Source of the DNA: Cyanophora paradoxa CCMP329
Lineage: Eukaryota > Plantae > Glaucophyta
Length of the DNA stretch: 48,993 nucleotides
Assembly: GCA_004431415.1 (NCBI GenBank)
Contig: QPMI01000321.1
Span: 1-48,993 of the forward strand
Direction: 5' to 3'
Position numbers and translations under genes: made by a program. Below, piece by piece: positions 1-10,858 of the stretch. The notes below the pieces were generated by a model, which did not search any database, was not told the DNA's origin, and saw only the letters and a list, made by a program, of their open reading frames with translations. Position 1 is the stretch's first letter. Each line of letters begins with the position of its first letter.

Positions 1-753
1 GCGCTTCCCCGAGCTGCCGGAGGTCGCGCCGCCGCTGCCGCTGACGCTGGTGCCGCTGCCGGCCTCCTACCACGACCTCGTCGTCAAGTACGAGCGCGCC
101 AAGTGCTCCAAGTGCTCCAAGGCGCGCCCCCGCCTCGTCCCCGTCGCCCGCTTCATTGCTTTTTGGCTGACGCGCGCTGGCGCGCAGGTGCCGCCGCGGC
201 CGGCGCTGTGCCTGCTGTGCGGGGTGCTGGTCTGCCAGGGGAGCGCCTGCTGCCGCGACCTCTACGGCGAGGCCGCCGCGGTATGCCCCCGCCCCAGCCC
301 CCCTCCCCTCCTCTCTGACGGGGCGGGGGGCAGCACTCGCGGGCGTGCGGTGCGGGGACGGCCCTCTTCGTCGTCCTCAAGGCGAGCGCCCCCCGCCCGC
401 CCGCCCGCCGCCGGCTGAGGCGGGGCCGCAGTACACGTCGACGCTGCTGATCCGGGAGCGGCGGCACGCCTGGTGGAACTCCGTCTTCATCGACGACCAC
501 GGTGCCCGCCCCGCCTCCACCCCGCCCGCCCCCGCCCGAGCCGCCGCCGGGCAGGGGAGGAGGACTACAAGAACAGGCGGGGCGTGCCCCTCCACCTCGT
601 GCGCCCCCGCCCCCCGCCCCCCTCCCACCCCCTCACGCCCCTCAGATCGGGGACCGGGTGGAGCACCTGGCGCGGCTGGTCGCGGGGCACGCGCTCGACC
701 ACGACGCGCGCGTCCTCGAGCAGAGCTCCCGCCGCGAGACCCTCCTCCTCTAG
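1..753 (+). CDS. 3' part of a UBR1/PRT6-type N-recognin E3 ubiquitin ligase (PRT6_C-like C-terminal domain); 5'-truncated, 5 introns
   Basis: Hand-spliced: ..LVPLPASYHDLVVKYERAKCSKCSK|VPPRPALCLLCGVLVCQGSACC..|HSRACGAGTALFVVLK|YTSTLLIRERRHAWWNSVFIDDHG|EEDYKNRRGVPLHL|..ETLLL*. The ALCLxCG, HxxxCG and DxxGEED..RRGxPLxL motifs are typical of UBR C-termini. TAG at 751-753. Confidence 0.88.
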
Positions 754-1245
754 ATCGAGCGCCCCCCGGCCCCGGAGCCCTCGCTCGCGAAGTCGGCCCG
801 GCCTTGCAGCTCTAGTCACTGCGTAGTAATTTTGTGAGCATGCAAAAGTTCTGGTCACCCGGGTCCCAGTTTTCCCATGGTCGGGTCGATATTCTCACGC
901 CGTCGATCCGATGATCGGCATGGGCATCGACTGCGCACGCACATGCATTCGAGTCGACGTCGGCATACAAGCTCAGCTTAGCTACTCGAAATTCAAAGCC
1001 TTCAAGGCTTGAAGCCCGCTCGCGCTTTTGAACTTGCATGCAACCGGACGCAGAAACATGATCAGGCTATTCAGGGCCCGAAGGCCAGGGGAACAGAAGC
1101 AGGGTCAGAATGTGACTGCGGTTGGGCATGCCATCGGGTTCGAAGAGCGAGGGAAAGAGTGGGAGGGGAAGGGGGTCCGGCCCTAGCGCTAGCCTAGCCG
1201 GGATCGAGAGACAGGGAGTTCAGGACTCGAAGGGGGACGGGGGCC

Positions 1246-3713
1246 TCAGGCGAACTGGCCCTCCTCGCCCGCCTCGGCGTCCCCCGCGGGGTCGCCCTCG
1301 CCCCCGCTCCCCGGCTTGCGCCGCCACACGCGCACGAGCCGGTACCCCAGGCCCCCCAGCAGCGCCGCCCCTGCCGCCCGTCCCTGCCTCTCAGGCGCCG
1401 CCGAGCAGTCGGGCGGGAAGGGGCGGCGGGGTGGCACCGGCGAGGCTGCCGACGACGGCGCCGGCGATCGCCCCGGCGCTCGGGGCTGTGCACCGGGCGG
1501 CGGCCCCCGCGTGAGCGGCAGCGGGGCCGGGCCGGGCCGATGGACAGCGACGGAGGGACGGCACCGGAGGTGGTCGAGGCGAGGAGGGCGCCGAGGGCTC
1601 CCCAGGGGGCTCTCCGGGCCCCGACCGCGCCGCCCCGCCCGGGCCCGGCCGGCCCGCCCCGCCCTCGCCCCGCCCGGCGCCGGGCTCCGGCACGTCCACT
1701 CTGGCGGCCGCCGGCGTCAGCGGCGCCGGCGGGCCGGGGCGGGGCGGGGCCAGGGTCGAGGCGCGCGGGGGCGGGTGATGCGGGTGCCGAGGGCGAGGGC
1801 GTAGGGGATCCCGTAGGACGGCTCCTCCGTCGACCCTTCGCCCCGGCCCCCTCAGCCGGCGGCCGGCCGGCGGGCGGGAGGGCCACGGGGAGGGCGCGGC
1901 GGAGCGGACCGGAGACGAGGACGTACAGGTCGAAGGCGAGGGTCCGGTTCTCCGCCCACGCCGCCCCCGCACCTGCCCCGCCCCGTCGGGCCCCACGGGG
2001 CGCCGGAGGGGGCGCAGGGGCGAGGGCCGGCGGGCCTCGAAGCCGAGGATCCTGCCGGAGCGGGCCGGGAGGAAGAGGGAGGGCGGGGCGCCCCCGCCGC
2101 GCCCCCGGGCCCCGGCACTGCCCGAGCCCCCCGGCGCGCTCAGGCGGGGGCCTGCCGGCTCGGGGCGGGGCGGGACGGGGCGGGCGGACGGGTGGCGGAG
2201 CCGGCGGCGGAGGCCTGGCCCTCCCCGTCGAAGAGGCGCACCGAAAACTCCTGAGGCCGCCCGCCTCAGCGCCGGCCGGGGGCCCGCCCGGGGCGGGGCG
2301 GGGCGGGGCGGGGCGGGGCGGGGCTCGCGGTGGGGTCGTCGCAGCGGGCGGAGGCGTTGAAGCGGGCGGCGAGGCCCTCCGTGGCGTTCGCGGCGGGGAG
2401 CAGGGGCGGGAGAGCGCAGGCGAGGCCCCCGCAGTCGAGCAGGCAGCCGGCGGGGGCGAGGGCCGAGCTGCACGCCTCGGGCTGCAGCGGCACGGACGCC
2501 GCCACGGCCGCCTCGGGCAGCAGCGCGCCGGCCGCCGCGCCCGCCTCCACGGGGAACTCCCGCGTCCGCACCTGCCCCCCGCCCGGCGGCCTTGGCAGGG
2601 AGGCGGGCGGGGCGCGAGGGGCGGGGGCGGGCCTCGAGGAAGGGGGGGGCGCCGGAGGCGTTACGGGCGACGGCGACGGCGAAGTAGCGCTCCGAGGCGG
2701 CCGCGAGCTCCGTGAGGCGGGGCGGGCTCAGCACGCCGGCCAGCGTCGCCGGCACCCCCACGCCCACCACCTGCCGGCGGCTCGGGCCGGCGGGGCAGGC
2801 TGGGCGGGCGGGCGGGCGGGGCGCGTGCCTGCACGAGGCGGCGCGGGTACGCCGGCTCGTCCCGGTACAGGAGCAGGTCGAGGGCCTGGCCCGCCCTGCG
2901 CCGCGCCGGAGCCCGCGCGCCTCAGAGTCGGAGCAGCGGGGGCCTGCAAGCGGGCCGCGCACCGCGGGGTGTCGACGAGGGACCCCCGCCACGTAAATGT
3001 GACCGGCTCGCCCGTTCTGCGCGCGCGGCGAGGCGCTCGCAGAGGCGCGGGCAGCGCGGCCGCGCGCGCGCGCGCGCGCCTGAGGCGCGAGTTCGCGTCG
3101 GGGGTCATGATGCGCAGCGCCTCCGTGTCTGCCGCCGCCGCCCGCCTGAGCGCAAGACGGGGAGGGCGCCGGGCTCGCGGGCGGCCGCGCCTGCGCAGAG
3201 CGACGCGTTGGAGGCGGTGATGGAGAAGCCCGTGCACGTGAAGATGTCCGCGATCGGGCTGCACGCGCGCTGCGTCGTGCACCTGCGCGATGCCGCGTCA
3301 GCCCCAAGGGCCGCCCGCGGCCGCCCGGCGCCGGATCCGGGAGCGCGCTTTGCTTCTCGAGGAGTGAGCATCGCCCTAGCACGACTATAGAAGACAGAAT
3401 GCATAACAACAAACTGCTCCCGCGTACTTTCGCCCCGCGTGCCGACTGGGGAGAGCCTCGGCGCGCACCATTTGCAGCCACCGCCAGGCGAAGCCAGAGA
3501 CGCCGCGGTCGTGGCGACGCAAGCGCTGCAGCTGCTCCAAAGCGCACCGCACGTCTGCGCATGGCTTGGCAGAGCCAGCGCGAGAAACGCCAGAAGAAGC
3601 GCCAAGGAGAGGGAGCTCCCCCCCGCACTGCCCCTCCGTCAGCCGCAGGCGCGAGCGCCGGGGCGGGCGAGGGGCCGGGGCTCTCACCGCGCCAAGGAGA
3701 GGGCGCGGTTCAT
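1246..3713 (-). CDS. Type I membrane protein with signal peptide, N-terminal PSI-like Cys-rich domain and C-terminal TM helix (multi-exon)
   Basis: ATG at 3713 (MNRALSLAR|AGGSSLSLALLLAFLALALPSHAQ), then TCGALWSSCSACV..GCKW|CTTQRAC..FTC..LC (PSI-like Cys spacing). Near the C-terminus AIAGAVVGSLAG..AALLGGLGY is followed by the basic stretch RLVRVWRRK. TGA at 1246-1248. Internal exon boundaries only partly resolved. Confidence 0.65.
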
Positions 3714-3880
3714 CGAAGCCTGCCGGGCGTTGCGGCAGTTAGTCGCGCGAAGCGCGTAGGAGGTTTATTCGAGCCTGCTGCGCACCGGACAGCGGTCGAC
3801 CATCGCGGTGCAGCGCTAGCCCGACAGAGGCGGGTGAGACCGAGTGTACCCTTCGAATTCCTTTCGGCGCAGTCAGTCGG

Positions 3881-6306
3881 ATGAAGACCGCTGTCCTTCT
3901 CCTCGCCCTCGTGGCGGTTGCCTCCGCCGCCACGTTCTCTGTGCCGCTCAAGCGCAAGGGATGGGGCGACGCGAAGGCCGCTGAGGTTGGCCCCCTATTG
4001 CGTACGAGCTCCGAGCTCCCAGTTCAGAGCCGGCGCGCAGGAGTACGTCAAGCGGATCGCCGCCATGCAGCAAGGGGCGAGCAATGAGGCGCCCGAGCTG
4101 GCCGTGCGTGCCCTCTGCGGTCAGGCGTCCTCTCGTCGGCGGCGCACTGACCGCGCCGGCCGCGCAGCTCAAGAATTTCCAGGATGCCCGTGCGTATGCT
4201 GCCATCCGCCGCGAGTGCTTGAATACTGACGCCGCGCCGTGCCGGCATCAAAGAGTTCTATGGCGAGCTCGGTATGCATGCGTAGTCACCTGCTGTTTCG
4301 CGCGCGAGACCGGACGGGCCTGACCGCCGCCGCAGCGATCGGCACGCCGCCGCAGAAGTTCGAGGTGCGCGCCGGCGGCCGCGCCGGCAGCCCTTCTCGC
4401 CCTCGCCCGTGATGACCGCTCGCGCCTCGCGCGTGCGGCCGGTCAGGTCCTCTTCGACACGGGCAGCTCGTGCGCCCCTCCCATATTCTCGCTCGGGCCA
4501 CGCCGCCGCTGAGGCGGCTGCGGCAGCAACCTGTGGGTGCCCTCGGTGCAGTGCCGCTCGCCGCAGTGCCTCCTCCACAAGCGCTACGACAGCAAGGCAG
4601 CGCCCCTCACCGCCGCCGCCGCGGCCGCGCGCCATGACCTTCGGCCGGCAGGCCAGCACGACGTACGAGGCCGACGGCACGCCGGTGGACGTGCAGGCAA
4701 GGCGCCGGCGCCGACGCGCGCGGCCCCCGGGGCGGCTGAGGCGGGGCGGGGGGCGGGCAGTACGGGAGCGGGGCGATCCAGGGCTTCCTCTCGAAGGACG
4801 CGGTCGCGGTGGCCGGCCTCGAGGTCAAGGACCAGGTCTTCGGCGAGGCGCGCCCCGCCCCGCCCCCGCCCGCCCCGGCCCCGCCCCGGCCCCGCCCTCG
4901 CCCTCGCCGGCCCGCCCTGAGCCGGCGCGGCAGGTCACCAGGGAGAAGGGCGCGCGCCCGCCGGCGCCGGCCGCCCCGGGCACCCCGGCAGAGCGCTGAG
5001 GGTTGGGGATTGGGAGCGCAGGGATCAGCTTCCTCATGTCCCGCTTCGACGGCCTCGTCGGCCCGCCCGACCCCGCCCCTTCCCGCCCCCGGCGCCTCAC
5101 CCCCGCCGCAGGCATGGCCTACCCCGCCATCTCCAAGGACGAGGTCACGCCCCTGTTCGACAACATGATGGACCAGAAGCTCCTCGACCAGAACGGCCCG
5201 CCCCGCCCCCGCGCTCTGCTGACCCCCTCTGACCATGTACCCCCAGTGTTCAGCTTCTACCTGACGCGGGACCCCGGCGCCGACGGCTCCTCCCTCATCT
5301 TCGGCGGTGCAGTCCGCGCCGGGGCGCCGGGGTACCCCCGCCCGACGCCCCCGCCCGCAGGGGTGAACCCGAAGTACGCGGTGGAGCCCTTCACGTACCA
5401 CAAGGCGCCGGCCGCCGCCGCCCGTACCCCCCGGCGGGCCCCCTCTGAGGGGCCCGCAGGTGGTGGAGAAGTCGTACTGGCTGATCGGCATGGACGGGGT
5501 CTCGGTGGGGGGCAAGACGGTGACCAAGGGGGAGGGCCGCGCGGTCGTCGACACGGGCACCTCGCTCATCGTCGGGCCCCGCGACGCCGTCGGCCCCATC
5601 GCCGCCGCCGTCCAGGCACCCCGCCCTGCCCCCTGCCCCTCTCGCCCGCCCCTACCCTCACCCCCTCGCCTCGCCCCGCAGGTCAAGCCCGACTGCTCGA
5701 ACCTCGATGTGGGCCCCCGCCCCGCGCCTCCGCCCCTCGGGCCGGGGAGCTGAGGGGGCGCAGGACCTGCCGGAGCTCTCCTTCAAGCTGGGCGGGAAGG
5801 AGTACAAGCTGACGCCCCAGGAGTACGTCCTCAAGGTCCGCCCCGCGCCCACGGAGGCGGCGCCGGCGGCGGCGGCGGCCGACGCCGGCGGGGTCCCAGG
5901 TCTCCGTCCTCTTCCGCACGCAGTGCCTGCTCGGCCTCATGCCCATGGAGTCCGCCCCGCCCGCGCCGGGCCCTGCCGCGCCCCGTGCCCACGCCGCGGC
6001 GCCCTCGCCCCGCAGCCTGCCGCCCCAGCTCGCCAACACCTGGATCCTCGGTGCGCTCCGCCCCGCCCCGCCCCGCCCCCGGCCCGCGCCGCCCGGCCCT
6101 CCCTCTCCTCGCTGACGCCGCCCGCCGCCGCCGCGCAGGCGACGTCTTCCTGCGCGCCTACTACACCGTGCGAGCCGGGGCCCGGGCCTGGCGGGGCGGG
6201 GCCCTCGCGGCCGCGGCCGCGGGCGCCCGCCGACGCGTACGTCGCCCCGCGCGCGCAGGTCTTCGACCGCGCCGCGGACCAGGTCGGGTTCGCTAAGGCC
6301 GTCTGA
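3881..6306 (+). CDS. Cathepsin D/pepsin-family (A1) aspartic protease, 21 exons
   Basis: Signal peptide [52 protein letters not shown], YGSG flap, FDGLVGMAY, second catalytic AVVDTGTSL, WILGDVFLRAYYTVFD..VGFAKAV*. Twenty short introns traced in frame. No plant-specific insert. Confidence 0.96.
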
Positions 6307-6640
6307 GCGGCCTGCCCTCCTTCGCAATCCGGATCCGGAGCTTGGGGAGGCGGAGCCCCGACAGTTAACGTTGCATGCGCACCTTATACGTGGGGTGGCC
6401 CCGCCAGTACCGCGACCCGCCGATTCGGCCTGTGCCTTGTACAGAAAGATGTACAGACAGTAAACGTTGCTCCCTCTCTTGTTCAGGGCACGTTGAGCCG
6501 AAACGGTGGGTCGAACCGGGGTACGCGTACGGAGATAGCGCGGCCAGCAGAGCGGAGCGCTAGTAGTACTGCTACCGAGTCGCGATAAGCGTGGCGGGAG
6601 TGCAGGGAACGCCTCGCAGAGCGGGTCGGGGCTCGCCGGG

Positions 6641-8477
6641 ATGGCACTCGATCGAAGCGGCGAGCTGGTGGCCGCGGCGGTCCTCGCGGTCGCCCTCGCT
6701 GCAACCTGGCAAGCCGTATCGACCGCCGTGCCCGCTCCGTACATGGTTCGCTCCCCGTCGCACTTCGGCAGCGTGGGCCGACAGCGCTGCCGCCGGCAGG
6801 ACGAGCAGTTCCACGCCTCGCAGACGCAGCGGTACTTCAAGGGCCATTTCTTCGTATGGGACCCGATGATCACGACGTTCCCCGGCCTGTGCGCACGGCG
6901 CCAGCGCGTCTCCGGTCGATGACGCCGCAGCAGGTACGGGTTCGGGCTGGCCGTCGCACGCGCCGCGGACGCGCTGCTGCCGTCCTGGGTGCTCGGAGAA
7001 GGCGCGGATCCCTGCGACGTACGCGTGCTCCGCGCGACCAACGCGCTCTTCGGCCTCGCCTGCTACTGGCTCTTCGCCGCCCTCTGCCGGTCCGTGCGGG
7101 CGCCTGCGTCTGCCCCCGCCGCCTCACGCGCCGGCAGGGAGCTGCACCCTACTGCGCCGGCGCCGGCGCCGGCGCTGCGGGCGCTGGCGATGTCCCTCTA
7201 CCCGCTCCACTTCTTCTTCCTGGGGCTCTACTACACCGACGCCGGCGCCGCCTTCTTCGCCCTCCTCTGCTACCTCCTCAGCCTCCGCGACCGACACGCA
7301 GCATCCGCCCTCGTGCGCGGCGCCCTCGCTAGCGCTCCGCCGCGCCGCCGCGCCGGCCGGACGGGTCGGCGCAGGCCGGCGCCGCGGCGATCGCCTTCCG
7401 CCAGACGAACGCGGTCTGGGTGCGGCGCGGCGGGCTCGCGCGGGCCCCGCACCCGCTCCGCCGCCCCGCCGACGAGCCCGCCTCAGGTCGCCTTCGTGGC
7501 GGCGTGCGCGGCGCTGCGGGCCGCCGAGCGCCTCGCCGCCAAGGAGGCGGGGGGAGCAAGCCCGGCGGCTCGCTGCTTGGCGAGCTGCGCCGGGCGCTGC
7601 GGCAGGCTGCGCGGCGACCGGGGCCGGTGCTGGGCCCCGCCCTCTGGCAGGCCCCCGCGCTGGCCGCCTTCGCCGCCTTCGTCGCCTGGAACGGCGCCGT
7701 CGTCGTCGGTCCGCCCCGCCCCGCCCCTCCGCCAGGCCCGCGCGCGTCCCAGCGCGGCCGGGCCGGCGCAGGGGACCGGGGGAACCACCGGCCGGGCCTC
7801 CACCTCGCCCAGCTCTGCTACGGCTCCGCCGCCCTCCTCGCCGCCCTCGCGCCCCTCGCCGCCCCCGGCCCCCTCCTCCCCGCCCTCCGCGCCTGCCTGC
7901 GGCCCCGCCCCGCCGCCGCCGCCCTCCTCCTCACGCCCCTCGCCTACGTCGCGGTCACGCGCTTCGGGTGCGCCCGCCCCCGCCCCGCCCGGCGGGCCGG
8001 GGGGCCGGCTGGAGCGAGGCGCAGGGCGCCGCACGCGTTCATCCTGGCGGACAACCGGCACTTCACCTTCTACCTCTGGCGCCGCCTCCTCGCCCCCGCC
8101 GGCGGCCTCCTCGCCGCCGCCTACGCCGCCGCCGCCCTCCTCCTCTGGCACCTCCTCCGCCCCGGTGCCCGCGCCCCGCCCGCCGGCCCCGCCCCGCGCG
8201 GCCGACGCGCGGGGCGCTCGCAGGGCTCACGCCGCTGCGGGCGGCGCTGCTGCTGGCGGCGGGGGCGGCGACGGTGGCCCCCTCGCCCCTCCTCGAGCTC
8301 CGCTACTTCTCCGTCCCCGCCCTCCTCTGCCTCGCCCACCTGCCCCCGCCCCCCACCCCCCGCGCCGCCCTCCCCGCCCTCGCCGCCTACGGCGCCGTCG
8401 ACGCGGCGGCCCTCGCCCTCTTCCTCCTCCGGCCCTTCTCCTGGCCCGATGGCTCCGTCGCCCGCTTCATGTGGTAG
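6641..8477 (+). CDS. ALG10: Dol-P-Glc:Glc2Man9GlcNAc2-PP-Dol alpha-1,2-glucosyltransferase (ALG10/DIE2)
   Basis: VPAPYM|DEQFHASQTQRY, WDPMITTFPGL, LYYTD, FRQTNAVW, WNGAVVVGDRGNH..HLAQL, H.FILADNRHFTFYLWRR, LLELRYF, FLLRPFSW..ARFMW* are hallmark ALG10 motifs. Confidence 0.95.
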
Positions 8478-8668
8478 CGCCGCAAGCGCGAAGCCCGGAG
8501 CGCCCCCGCCGCTTGCGCTGCGCCGAGGGAAGCTGGACCGCTTGCGCTGCTTGCGGAATGTGGGCTGGGGCTGGTGGGTGCGCGGATGGGCGAAAGAAAT
8601 AGGATTCTGTACAGGACACAAGGGGATCTGAACGAAGCTAAGGGATCTAAGCAGATGAGAGCAACGCA

Positions 8669-9083
8669 TCAGCCTGTAACTTTCCTCTTCTGCGTGCTGA
8701 TGTAGAGAACTGCGCGAGGTGGTCGGCGGGCCGGCGGTGCACGCGGCGGGCGGGAGGCGCCGAGCAGCGCACCGTTGTTGCCGCGAATGAACGCATCGCC
8801 GTATTTGTTTTTCAGCTGGCCGTTCACGTACTCCTCGGTCTGCTCCATCGCGATGTTCATGTAGCCATCCAGGCACGCCAGCACGCCTGCAATCCGCCAA
8901 GCAGGCTCGGCGAGTTAGCGAACTGCTCGCGCATCGCACGCCTCGCGGTGCTCGTGGCCGGCGCAGCGAGGGCGGGGGCGAACCTCGGTAGTCGACGCCG
9001 TTGTTGAGCTTCACGACCACCGGGCGACCCACAACGCCCTTCAGGAAGTCGGAAGGCGTCCTCTTCGCGCCGGAGGCCGACAT
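8669..9083 (-). CDS. LSM6: U6 snRNA-associated Sm-like protein LSm6 (2 introns)
   Basis: MSASGAKRTPSDFLKGVVGRPVVVKLNNGVDYRG|VLACLDGYMNIAMEQTEEYVNGQLKNKYGDAFIRGNN|VLYISTQKRKVTG*. Confidence 0.96.
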
Positions 9084-9180
9084 GTTTACACTGTACCCGT
9101 GCGCGGTCGTCGAAGTCGCTCGACTGTCGGAGAACTTGGAGGCGCGCGGGGGCTAGGAATCGAGCTAGCTAGCAGGGGCG
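9084..9180. promoter_or_regulatory. Short divergent spacer LSM6/thiE (probable bidirectional promoter)
   Basis: 97 bp between opposed start codons. Confidence 0.55.
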
Positions 9181-10472
9181 ATGGCGTCGCCGCCGCGGTC
9201 GACGTTGGCACTGAAGAAGCCGCCGCTCGATCTTCGAGTGTACTTAGTTACAGACAGGAAGGTGCACCGCTACAGCTCGCTAACCACCGGCTTTCGATCT
9301 GATACCGGCCGTTGCAGCTCTCCGGCGCCAAGCCGATAGCTGAAGTCGTCCGCGCGGCGATCCAGGGCGGCGTGACAATCGGTGCGCGACGGCGCAGATC
9401 TGGACACTAGGAGAAAAAGTGCAGCTGTCAACTGGCATTAGACCGCGCTGCAGGCGCTGTGCGCCTGCAACCGGCGCGCGAGTAGCGCGTTAAGGTTTAC
9501 GTTCGGGCTTGCACGCAGTTCAGTACAGGGACAAGGACGTGTCCACACGCGTCATGTGCGACACCGCGGCGGAGCTGCTGGCCGTATGCCGCGAGCACGG
9601 CGTCCCCTTCCTCGTGCGCGGGGCGCCGCCGGCCGCGGCCGCGCCTGAACGTTCGCGGGGCCGGGCCGACGCCTCCGCAGATCAACGACCGCATCGACGT
9701 CGCGCTCGCGGTGGGCGCCGACGGCGTGCACGTCGTGCGCCCCGGGACCCCGCGGGCTCTCTCGGGGCGCCGGGGGCCTGACGCGGGAGGGGCCAGGGCC
9801 AGGACGACATGCCGCTGGACCTGGTGAGGCGGATCCTGCCGCCCCACATGGTCGTCGGCTGCTCCACCAAGACCATCACCCAGGCCCGCCTCGCCCAGGA
9901 GATGGTCCGCCCCCTCCCGCCCGCCGGCCCCCCCGCGCGGGGCCGAGCGGGGGGGTGGGGCAGGGGGCGGACTACCTCGGCGTCGGGGCGGTCTTCGGGA
10001 CCACGTCGAAGGCCGACACGAGCGTCGTCGGCGTCGAGCGCATCGGCGAGATCGCCTCGGCGCGCCCCGCCCCGCCCCTCTCCCCCCGCCCCCGCCGCGC
10101 CGGGCCGCTGATCATGACGCATGGGTGGGGGCAGCGGATCGTCATACCCGTCGTCGGCATCGGAGGCATCTCGGCCAAGAACGCCGCCGACGTCGTCCTC
10201 GCAGGCGCCAAGGTCCGCCGCCCCGCCCCTCCCGCGGCGCCTCGGTGACGCGGGGCGCAGGGCGTGGCGGTCATCAGCGCAGTAATCAACGTGCCCGCGC
10301 AACTAGACCCCTACGAGGCCGCCAAGCACCTCAGGTCAGCAAAGCCGGCGCCCCGCCCCGGAGAGCCGGCGCCCCGCGCGACTCTGACTCCCGCCCGCCG
10401 GCGCGCAGGAGCGTCGTCGACACGGCGGCGGCGTCGCGGACGCGGCCCGTGAGCATACCGGATATCGGGTAG
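9181..10472 (+). CDS. thiE: Thiamine-phosphate synthase (ThiE/TMP-TENI), stand-alone
   Basis: [83 protein letters not shown]. ATG 9181, TAG 10470-10472. Confidence 0.93.
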
Positions 10473-10858
10473 CGCAGGGCGGGGGCGAGTTGCTTATGAT
10501 TAGATCTAGATGAGAGAAGCTCGCGTATTGCGTAGACGATATTCAGGCATGCAGATAATATCTTAGAAGGAATCTTGTGCAGTTCTTCCGGCGCCTTCGG
10601 CAGCGAAGAGTGACGCGACAGCGCTGGTGGACCAAGCGACTGCACGGAAGTCAAACAAAAAAGCTGTTGGCTGTTGACGAACTGTGCCTAGCTAGAGGGC
10701 GACCAAAACAGAAGGGAAGGGGGCCGGCCCGACCAGGGGCCTCACGGAGGGGGCGAGGCGGGGCGGGGGAGCTAGCGGGAGTCGGCGGGAGCGGCGGGGC
10801 GCGCTCGCGGTGGGGGGCGGGCGGGGCCCGGGGCAGCGGGGGGGGCGGCGGCGGGGGG

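Noticed and set aside
9382-9518. TPP riboswitch in the longer second intron of thiE
   Set aside because: The conserved GCUGAGA and related core motifs are not visible; a Rfam RF00059 scan would settle it.
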